64,000 bases of DNA from NCBI GenBank assembly GCA_039621445.1, contig CP154954.1, positions 28,923,837 through 28,987,836 on the forward strand, in the 5' to 3' direction. The number at the start of each line of letters is the position of its first letter. The stretch's first letter is position 1. Of the stretch, positions 1 to 10,600 are shown piece by piece. The stretch comes from Euglena gracilis (Eukaryota). Made by a program: the position numbers and the translations under genes. The notes beneath the pieces were generated by a model. The model saw only the letters and a program-made list of their open reading frames with translations, did not search any database and had not been told where the DNA came from.

Positions 1-1603
1 TGAGTCGATGCCCCATTTTCAGGATGTGCCCACAGACAGTTTGATCATGCCCTCTGGACATGATCTCAGAGGTTTATGCAAACCTCCCCTGGTGTGTCCT
101 GAGCCAGTGGCTCCTGAGATTAGAGGAACACAGACATCTAAAATGCCTTCTGATTTGCCCCCTGTGGGTTTCAGCTGTGTGGTGGCCCCTGTTAATAAAA
201 CTTAACATTCCACATACACCAGCCCTGAGACTTCTGCCTTGCCACCACATGTTCGAGAATTGTCACGGGCGGCCCATGAAAAAGCAAAGATGGCACCTAG
301 CCTGCATTTTGTTGTCAGGCAGTTGTTACAGAAGCAACATATCCCCCCCTCAGGGGTTGACTATTTGTTAAGTCAAAATATGTCCTTGGCAAGATATGAT
401 TCTGACTTCAGACTCCTGTGGGGAGTTCTTGCCATGTCCCAGATGGACCTCGACACCATGAGCCCAGTAGTTAGTCGCTTCTGGCATCATTAAAATTTCA
501 TCTTCATTGTGGCTCAAGCCAGGAATGCTTATAGTGCTGTGGTACAGCTTCCTGGGTTTCACTTGTTAAGGTTTTTACCCCTGTTGGCCACCTACAAAAG
601 AAAATGGAACACATCCACCCCCAGGTATTCTTCATTTTGGAAACCTGAGTCATTACTTCAGAAATTGGCAGCAGCACCTCCCCCAGAGTGCCTCAGTGAT
701 CTGAGGGACCAGGTCATTTTAAGTTTCAGACTCATCTGTTTGCATCGTTCAGGGACTTGAGCAGAACCTTCAGGACAGTGTCCCAGGTTGATGGCAAGGT
801 TTGTGTTCTTGTCCAAAGAAAGGGGTGGAGACAAACTCAGTGGGAGGAAATACCCCAGATTCCTGCATGTCCAAATATTTGCCCCTGATTCAACATGAAA
901 AAAATATGTCAGTTTGACATCACACTGTAACCCCCCAGGGGGACCTCTGTTGTTAAGTCTAAAACCCCCTTTTACCCCTCTGTCTGCCAAAACCATTCGG
1001 AGTTTGACGAAACGATTGTTGGATAAACATGGGGTACCCCCCAGTGGGCCCCCCACTCCACCAGGTGGGCAGGAGTGTTCATGTATAAACTTGCAGGTTT
1101 GTCCGCTGAGGAGGTGTGCCAGATTGGAAAATGGACAAATGTGCAAGCATTTTCTTCCCATTATTTGCGGTTGGAAGCGGGTAAAAAGGCGGGGGTTGCT
1201 GTCCAAAAAATGGTGCGCAAAGCCTCACTGGGGTCTTGTGCGGAGCCGGAGCTGTCTCGGACTCCCGTGAAGAATGATCCAGGAGGAAGGGACAACGAAG
1301 GCGGAGCACAAGACAACAGTGAGCCCGACCCAGAAAAGAGCAAAAAAGTCAGTAAGGCCCCCCCCCCCAAAGAAATTCCAGTTCACCCACAGACAGGCCA
1401 GCAACCCGCCGCTGCGAGCCACCGAGAAGTCCGACACCGTCTCCGAGTCCGCCTACTCCGACATCTCATCGCAGTAAGACACAACACAACCAACACCAAA
1501 AACACAAACAACAGCCGGAGAGAAAAATGCAGGACCTCACTGTTGTTCTTGTGCTCCGCCTTCGCTGTCCCTTCCTCCCGGATAATTCTCCCCGGAGTCC
1601 GAG
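1..1603 (+). mobile_element. DIRS-like YR retrotransposon copy A, degenerate 3' part (methyltransferase end, tyrosine recombinase, ICR, right end)
   Basis: Frameshifted fragments match copy C: LYANLPW..WWPLLIKL, AQARNAYSAVVQLPG, ICLHRSG, EEVCQIGKW..HYLRL. The ICR-like segment ~1257-1323 is the reverse complement of the terminal segment ~1536-1603. Confidence 0.9.
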
Positions 1604-1702
1604 GTGTCTCCCCCCCGAGGCACACCGGGAGGGGAGGAAGGGACACCGAGGGCGAAGCACAAACACCAAGCGAGCCCACCCTGCCCTCCCAGAAAAACCT
1701 GG
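1599..1702 (+). mobile_element. ICR remnant of an older DIRS copy ('copy 0') interrupted by copies A and B
   Basis: CCGAGGTGTCTC...GGAAGGGACACCGAGGGCGAAGCACAAA resembles the ICRs of copies B and C, and is complementary to 7077-7144. Confidence 0.8.
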
Positions 1703-4700
1703 GACACCTCGGACTCCGCACTTTGCCATTGTGAGGCCATGCCTTGCTCGCCGGCGGTTCGTTGTGTGATTGTTCGCTGCGCTGGGTTAGGAGGTCCCGC
1801 TTAGTGCCTTTTTTCGCCGGAGTTGGCTGATTCTTAACTTGCCCTTCGACACCCAGAAGAAAGGAACAGAGTCAACGAACGAAGAAGAACCAAGAAAAGA
1901 CATCAATACAAATTCAATATCCAGAAGGACGCGAACCAGACGAATATCAACTCAAAAGTCAATTATCAAATTTCAAATTTGACTTCAATGAGCAATGCAG
2001 TTGAGAAGAAATTGGAATTTCATGGCCGCGGACGTCTTGGAGCAGAGGCCGCAGCCAGGCTTTTGCTTAAGGACCCCCGGGGGGGGGGGGGTACTGGCTA
2101 GCCAATCGGCTAGACACTGGAAAAAGTGGACTAGCTAGCCCCCCCCCCCCCCCCCGGGGGGGGGGGGTCCGGGGGTCCCCCGGACTGGAAAAAAAATTTT
2201 CCTCCGGCGCTGCGCGCCGGAGGAAAAATGAGGTTTTTAACAGGTTTTTGGCTGATTTTGTTCCAAAAATTCCCAAAAATGGCCAAAAACGGGCATTTTT
2301 GGCCATTTTTGGGGGTCCCAAAAAAATTTTTCGGCGCTTCGCGCCGGTCACTGGAAAAAAATTTTCCACTAGCTAGCCCTGCTAGCAGACCCCCCCCCCG
2401 GGGGGGGGGTCTGCTAGAAAACCCACTAGCCAAATTTGGACTAGCTGCAGTCCAGCCCCCCCCCGGGGGGGTACTGCAATCCCTTAAGCAAAAGCCTGGC
2501 CGCAGCAGCAGCTGGAGAACTTGGAGATGCGGTCGACACGTGGCAAACCGTGGCCGTTCTTCCCACCCAGACCCCCACCCCAGAAATTTCCCACAAAAAC
2601 CCCCCCAGTGACGGCCACGGTCCTTGGACCACTGTGGCCAGAAGGCCCAGAAAACAGAAGTCAGCCCAAGCCCTCAGTGGGCAAAGGATGGGCCATGGAG
2701 GCCCAAAATACTTCAGCATTGGACATCCAAAGCCCACAAATCAGGGGCTTTTCCCCCAAGCCTGTACACAATTTGGCCAAAGGCTGGGGAGATGGAATCA
2801 AGGCCAAGGAGGTCAACATTACAGGGGCCATGGGGGCCAATTTTACAAGCAAATCCCCTCAAGAAGGGGCAGAAAAGGTCTGTCAAACCCCCCCAATTCA
2901 TCTTACGCAACAACCCCTCTCAAGGGGAAAAGGGGGGGCCACAGCAGCCCCCCCAGATTTGCAGTGGGGTTGGAGGCCAAGAAGCAATCAAGGCCTGGAA
3001 GACCAACAGATGGATTATGGAAAAAGAGTTATACATGGAGGCCTTGGAGGCCAGCAGGGTGGACACAGTGGCCACCAAGAAGCTATGGGACATCATCCCC
3101 AACCAGCAGGGTGGACCCACAGTGGCCACCAAGAAGCTAAGAAAGCTGCTGGAGAACTCCCCCGAGGGACACACAGAGGCCCTCTGCCAAAAAGGGGGGG
3201 GGAAGGGACCCACAGTGGCCTTTTTAGTGACTCAGCCTCAGCAGGAAAAGGGACCCACGGTGGCCCTTTTGGAGGGAGGGGCAGGAACCCCTCCAACGTT
3301 TATTTCTCAAGTCCCGATTGTCCAGTCAAGGGGGGGACCCACAGAGGCCCCCCTATGGTATGTCAACCAACCAGATCATCATGGAGAAGACCAGATAGGC
3401 AAAACAGGGGCATTAAGCCCTATGGTATGTCATCCAACAACAAGATCCTCCAGACTGGTGATCAGAGAGGGAGAGAATGCATGCACATCCCCCCAGAAAA
3501 AATTCCTTTTCCAAGGGCCCAAGCCCTAGGGGACCTATGGGTGCAATGTCCAACACCCCAGCCCAGCACCCCCAAAATCTTCTTACCCAAAAAACAACTT
3601 CAATGGAAGAAATAAAGGGAGACACCCCCCTCCATCAAAGGTTGCGAAAAAGCCAAAAATGTCCATCACCACCAGCCCAGCCCTCACAAAACAATCTTAT
3701 CCAGGAAATAAATTCCATGGAGGAGAAATGGGGAGACACCCCCCTCCATCAAAGGCTGCAAAAAAGCCTGAAATGGTGGGCAAAAAATGCCCCCCCCAAC
3801 AACATGTCAACTCATCAGGGATGGCATTCAACCCCCCTGGGTAAACCCACCAAAATTGTCCACCCACCCAAAACCCAGAGCAAATTTGAACCTACCCCAA
3901 GCAGAAAAAATACTGCTGGATTACGAAAAATCTGGATCCGTAAAGAGGGTGAGGGATTGAACCACCCAGCACCTCATCCCCTGGTTTTTGATTTCAAAAC
4001 CAGAAGGGGGACAGACCAAATGGAGGTTAACAAGCGATTGCAGGGAGCTAAATCAACTGTTCCAAGTGAAACCTTTCAAGCTGGATCACATCCAGCACAT
4101 TTTCCTTGTGTTGGAAAAAGGCCACTGGGCAGCAAAAATAGACCTAAAAGATGCCTACTTCCACATACCAGAGAGCCAGGCCCTAAGGCCATTTCTAAGA
4201 CATCACGTGGGGGGGGCAGACCTGGGAATTCCAGGCAGGCTGTTTTGGCCTGAATGTAATGCCCCAAATGTTTATGTCAGTAAAGAAGACATTCGAAAAG
4301 CTGTGGAGAAAAAGTGGCATCCAGGTATTTATTTACCTGGACGACATTTTACTGGTAGCCCCAACACACAATCTCTTACAAAATCACCTGAACACAGTAG
4401 TCAGGGATTTAATCAAATCAGGATTCAAAATTAATGTGAAAAAGTCCACCCTGCAGCCAACCCAAATCGTAAATCATCTTGGGTTTCAATTAAACTTCCA
4501 AGAGGCAAAATTGCAGATGCCCCCCCAGAAAATAAAAAACAGTAAAAAAGGAGCTGGGAAAAATGGTGAAGAAAGATTACATGTCAAAAAGGCAGTTGGC
4601 TGCCGTTTTGGGCCAAATAAGATGCAATCTAATAGCCCTGCCCTTTGTGAGGGGCTTTACGGATGCCCTGGCAAATTTTTGGTGGAAAATTCCACAGCCC

Positions 4701-6926
4701 CCTGGGACTCAAAACACGGCATTTCCCAAAGAATAAAAGACCAATTAAGAGAAATAAAAAATCTACTGGACTCCTGGGGGGGCAGACCCTTCCCCCAAAT
4801 TGCAATCAGGGAGTTGCTCCCAGACAGCAGTACCCATGCATGGGGGGGCTGGACATTCGAACAGGCGAAAGTTAATTGTGCAAGAATTTTGGAGGGAAAA
4901 CTCCATTTTGCACATAAATGTCAAAGAATTAAGTGCAGCAATAAGCACCGTACAAAGCCTAAGCAAACCAGGAGAAACTGTGTCCCTGTCAGTGGACAAT
5001 CAAGTAATTTACTATTACTTAACAAAGGGGGGGGGGGCAGAAAAGACCCCTTCAATTCCATGCTAAGACCCTTTTTCAAATGGTGCATGGAACACAACAT
5101 AAACCTGCAAGTAAAGTGGGTGCCTTCAAGGGAATGCCTGGCAGACCCCATAAGCAGGTGGGAAATGGACAGTGGGTATTACTCCCTGGACCCCCAACTT
5201 TTTCAATGGCTGAGGCAGCAGTTCAAAAATTACATCAGCCTAAAAACAGACCTTTTTGCCTCACCAGGCAACAAAAACACTACCACAATTTGTGGCCAGG
5301 TGGCCCCACTGGGATGCCACAGCAGTGGACGCACTGCAATGCCCACTGGACAACATGGGGGGACTTTATGCAAACCCCCCCTGGTCGTGATTCAAAAGTT
5401 TCTCCCCAGATTAAAAATGTTTCCACAGGCCAAAGTTTTGACAGTCACCCCCTACTGGGATTCAGCCACATGGTGGCCCCAGTTAATAAAAATGAAAGTC
5501 CCAGGGACCCCCTGCCTGAAAATCACCCCCTACAAGGGTATGTTCACCAACTGCAGGGGGAAAAAATGCCACCCCCCAGGTGGCCCCTCCTTTGCATGAT
5601 TTGCTCAGGCAAATTTTGGAGGGGAAGCAAGTACAAAATTCGACCATTAACGATTCCCTGGGAAGAAATCCAAGTTTAAAGCGTTATCAAAGCGCTTTTA
5701 CGCTTTTAGGGGTAACTTTGGACAAAATGGGGGTACCCCCCCTGAAGCCACCACTGACCAAGTGGTTGACGCTTTAGTTCAACTATTTCAATTTTCAAAG
5801 GCCCAGGCATGCAATGCATACAGTGCTATGCTTTTGATCCCTGGCTTTGGAGGCCTGAAGTTCCATGCCATGTTGGCACCTTATAAAAGGCTTTGGAACC
5901 AAAACCTGGAAAAATATGGTGCATTCTGGGATCCCCTCCCAATCCTGCTGGGGCTGGCACAGTCCTCCCTGCCATCTGATATGTGTACATTACGTACACA
6001 ACTCATTTTCTGTTCACGTATCCTCTGTTTATACAGAAGTTCTGATTTGGCACAGGTCCAAAGAACCACCAGTGTGTTGGGGGGGGCACCCTACATCAAA
6101 ATTAAACGTAAAGGGCAAAAACTCCATAAGTGGGAGAGAGTTGTCTCTATTCCCCAGTGCCCCCAAATCAGTCCCTTTCATTCGATGATGTCTTATGTGG
6201 CAGCAACACGTTTCTTTGTGAAACCTGGGGCCCCCTTTTAGTTACGTTGAAACCCCCCGATAAAGCCATAAAGGCAGATACCATTGCTTCTGTAACCAGA
6301 AACTTTTTGGCCCAGCATGGGGTACCCCCCCAGGTTTGGGGACCCCACTCCACCAGAGGAGCAGGAGTTGGTTTACTCAAAAAATTGGGCCTTTCTGCCC
6401 AAAAAGTTTGTGAAATTGGTCAATGGAACGGGGTGAAGGCTTTCACAGCCCATTATCAAAGACTTGGTGCCCAAGGTTCTTTGGAGAATGCCCTGGCCCC
6501 CCTTTTTTCAGTGCACAATCTGGCCTCACAATGGCAACGTGCGGAGCCCGAGGTGTCTCGTACTCCCTCGAGGCAAGCCGAGAAGGGAGGAAGGGACACC
6601 GAGGGCGACGCACAAAGACATTGTGAGCCCGGCCCTCCCACCCATTTAAGAAAATTTGTCTTCAAACGCCCTCTGTCAGAAGATGGGGGCCAGGGGGGTG
6701 AGGTGGGGGGGGGACCCCCCAGGGAAAAAGACAGCGCCATGGTCGCCACGTCGGAGACAAAGCAGCCAACTCCGGCGAGGCGGCACTAAGCGGGACCTCC
6801 TAACCCAGCGCAGCGAGCGATCACACAGCAACCCGCCGGCGAGCAAGGCATAGCCTCGCAATGTCTTTGTGCTTCGCCCTCGGTGTCCCTTCCTCCCTTT
6901 TCGGCTTTGCCTCGAGGGAGTACGAG
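1703..6926 (+). mobile_element. DIRS-like YR retrotransposon copy B, full length but frameshifted
   Basis: Left end GACACCTC at 1703, ICR ~6521-6627, right ITR ~6763-6926 ending GAGTACGA(G). Fragments of RT (KIDLKDAYFH, IYLDD), RNase H, MTase and YR (LYRSSDL, HSTRG, GQW, HY) lie in several frames. Interrupted by a MITE at 2056-2498. Confidence 0.93.
2056..2498. mobile_element. hAT-like MITE
   Basis: TIR CAGGCTTTTGCTTAAGG / CCTTAAGCAAAAGCCTG. Perfect 8-bp TSD GCCGCAGC (2048-2055, 2499-2506). Copy C has the empty site near 7670-7690. Confidence 0.9.
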
Positions 6927-7144
6927 GGGGCGGCTCCAGGAAGGTGCCCTCCCAAGGAATCGTCCGCGCCGGAGCGACGAGCCAGCCAAGTCCGGCAAAA
7001 TCGCACCACTAAAGGGGAAAGGCCCAGCCTACCGAAAAACATTCACGCCCAAACAGCCGGCAAACAAGGCATGGCCTCACTCGGTTTTTGTGCTTCGCCC
7101 TCGGTGTCCCTTCCTCCCCTCTCGGTCTGCTTTGGGGAGTGCGA
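6927..7144 (+). mobile_element. Right ITR and terminal extension of DIRS 'copy 0'
   Basis: AACAAGGCATGGCCTCAC...TGTGCTTCGCCCTCGGTGTCCCTTCCTCC...GGGAGTGCGA resembles the right ends of copies B and C, and pairs with 1608-1674. Confidence 0.8.
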
Positions 7145-7326
7145 CCCTAACTGCCTTGAAGAGCTTCTAAAGCTTTCAAAATGTCTGAATTTTGGAAGAA
7201 ATTTTAGAAAAAATAAAAAATACCCTTAAAAATAATGCCTGGGTTGTGCCCCCCCATTTTACCGGGCGTTAAGCTTCGCCCTGACCCTGAAGAGAGAGCA
7301 GAGCTCAGCGACCCCTCTTAATTCCA

Positions 7327-7457
7327 GACACCTCGGGCTCTGCACTTTGCCCTTGTGAGGCCATGCCTTGTTCGCCGGCGGTTTGTTGTTTTGATTGTGA
7401 TGACGCGTTGGGTTAGGAGTCTCTGCTTAGTGCCTTTTTTCGCCGGAGTTGGCTGAT
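7327..7457 (+). repeat. Left inverted terminal repeat of copy C, with its 5' extension
   Basis: 7351-7457 is the reverse complement of 11743-11847 except for one T-run mismatch. 7327-7363 is the reverse complement of ICR 11504-11540. Confidence 0.93.
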
Positions 7458-7611
7458 TCTTAACTGGCCCTTCGACACCCAGAAGAAAGGAAAAGAGTTA
7501 TCGAAAGAAGAGAAAAGAGAAGAAGAAGTCAATAGCAATTCAATATCCAGAAGATCACGAACCTGACGGTTATCAATTGAGAACCAAAAATTCCGTTTGA
7601 AGTAGACTTCG

Positions 7612-10600
7612 ATGATCAATGAATTTACAAAGAAATGGGAAGTATGCTGTCGACGTGAACAACCTGGAGCAGCGGTGGCAGCTGCAGCTGGAGAACCTGA
7701 ACGTGCTGTCGACAGTTGGCGGTCAGTGGCCATCATTTCCCCCCCAACAGAAATTTCCCATAACCAATCCCCCCCCAATGATGGCCACAACCTGTGGACA
7801 ACAGTGGTCAGAAAGACCAGAAGGAGGAAAGAGATCCCAGACCACTACGGGCAACAAAGCCTGGGCACTGGTGCCCAATCCAAGAAAAGGATGGGGCAGA
7901 AATCCCACAGGGGATGCCCAAGCCAAGGCCCACATTGGTGCCCAGTCACCAGGGCACAGCCCCAACAGCAATGGGGCAGATGGAATCAAGGACAAGGTGG
8001 TGGCCAAGGGGGCCAATTCAACAAGCAAGTCCCCTCAGGGAGGGGCAGAAAAAGTCTACCACCCCTCCCCACTCCATCTAACACACCCACCCCTTTCAGG
8101 GGGAAAGGGGGGGGCCACAGCAGCCCCCCCAGATTTCAAGTGGTCCTGGAAGGAAAGATTTCACAGCCCCGGCCATGGAGGCCAGAAGTATCAAAGGGGC
8201 TTGGGCCAAGATGGCCATTCAAAGGGCTATGGCAGCCATACAAGGGGTGGACCTCCACAGGCCCCCCAGAAGCTAAGGGGCAGCCCCACAGGGGCTTTGT
8301 ATTTAACACATTCTGCCCAGCCCCAGGAGGAAAAGGGACCCCCAGAGGCCCCTCTGATGGAACAGGGGGAAGGGGAAGGACCCCCACAAGTATTTCTTCA
8401 TCATGCTTCAAATCCCCCAACCAAATCAACAAGGGGGGGACCCTCAGTGGCCCCCCTATGGTATGTAAACCAACTCAATCATCATGGAGGAGGCCAGATA
8501 GGCAAAACAGGGGCAGTAAGCCCTATGGTATGTATACCAACAACAAGATCCTCCAGAGAGGTGAGCAGAGAGGAGAGTGCATGCACATCCCCCCAGAATA
8601 TTTTTCTCTTTCCAAGGGCTCAAGCCCTAGGGGCCCTAAGGGTGAAATGTCCAACACCCCCAACCCAACCCCCCCAGAATCATCTAATTCAACAAATAAA
8701 TTCCATGGAGGAAAAATGGGGAGACACCCCCCTGCATCACAGGCTGCAAAAGAGCCTAAAATGGTGGCAGAAAAACGCCCCCCCAGCAACATGTCGATTA
8801 ATCAGAGATGGCATCCAACCCCCCTGGGTAAACCCACCAACATTGTCCACCCACCCAAAACCCAGAGCCAACTTGGACCTGAAACAGGCAGAAAAAATTC
8901 TGCAGGATTACCAAAAATCTGGATCCGTGAAGTTGGTGGAGCATGGAAACACAAAACATCTAATTCCCTGGTTTTTAATTTCAAAACCAGAGGGGGAAAA
9001 GACAAAATGGCGCCTAATAAGCGACTGCAGGGAACTCAATCAGGAGTTCCAAGTAAAACCCTTCAAGCTGGATCACATCCAGCACATTTTTCCAGTTTTG
9101 GAAAAGGGCCACTGGGCAGCCAAAATCGATCTGAAGGATGCATATTTTCACATCCCAGTCAGCCAGGCCCTAAGGCCATATTTAAGACATCAAGTGGGGG
9201 GGCAAACCTGGGAATTCCAGGCAGGCTGTTTTGGCCTAAACATCATGCCTCAACTTTTCATGTCTGTCATGAAAACATTCGAAAAACTGTGGAGGAAAAG
9301 GGGCATCCAGGTTTTCATATACCTGGACGACATTTTGTTAGTTGCTCCCACCAGACACAATTTGCAAATTCACCTAAACACAGTCATCAAAGATTTGCTG
9401 AAATCAGGGTTCAAAATCAATGTCCAAAAATCAACCCTGGAACCAACACAAATTGTAAACCATCTGGGCTTTCAACTAAATTTCCAGGAAGGAAAATTAC
9501 AGGTGCCCCCCCAAAAAGCCAAGACAATAAAAAGGGAACTGGGCAAAATTGTAAAAAAGGAGTTCATTTCAAAAAGACAGTTGGCTGCCATTTTGGGCCA
9601 AGTAAGATGCAATATAATGGCCCTGCCCTTTTTAAGGGCCTTCACAGACTCCCTTGCAAATTTCTTAGTGGCAAAGGCCACAGCCCCCTGGGATTCAAAA
9701 CACTACATTTCCCAAGACATAAAGACCCAATTAAGGGAAATAAAAATTCTGCTGGATACATGGGGGGGCAGACCCTTCCCCCAAAATGCAACAAGGGAGT
9801 TGCACTCAGACAGCAGCACTCATGCCTGGGGGGGGCTAGACATTCGAACAGGAAAAATTATCCAGGAATTTTGGAGAGAAAACTCCATTTTACACATCAA
9901 CGTCAAAGAATTAAGTGCTGCTATCAACACAGTAAAAAGTTTAAGCACACCAGGGGAAACAATTTCCTTGTCAGTGGACAACCAGGTAACTTACTATTAC
10001 CTGACCAAAGGGGGGGGCAGAAAAGACCCCTTCAACAAAATGCTAAGACCATTTTTCAAATGGTGCATGGAGCACAATGTAAACCTACAGGTAAAGTGGG
10101 TTCCCTCCAAAGAATGCCTAGCAGACCCAATCAGCAGATGGGAAATGGACAGGGGGGATTATTCACTGGACCCCCAACTTTTTCAATGGCTAAGACATCA
10201 GCTCCAAAATTATATAAACCCAGAAACAGACCTTTTTGCCTCCCCAGGCAACAAAAAACTGCCACAATTTGTGGCCAGGTGGCCCCATTGGGAGGCCAGG
10301 GGGGTGGATGCATTACAATGTCCACTGGACAACATGGGGGATCTTTATGCAAACCCCCCCTGGTCAGTAATTCAAAAATTCCTGCCCAGATTGAAAATGT
10401 TTCCACAGACAACAGTTTTGATGGTCACCCCCTACTGGGATTCAGCCACATGGTGGCCCCAATTAATAAAGATGAAAGTTCCAGGGACCCCCTGCCTCAA
10501 AATCACCCCCTACAGGGGTATGTTCACCAATTGCAGGGGGGACAAAATGCCACCCCCCAGGTGGCCCCTTCTTTGCATAATTTGCTCAGGCAAATTTTGG

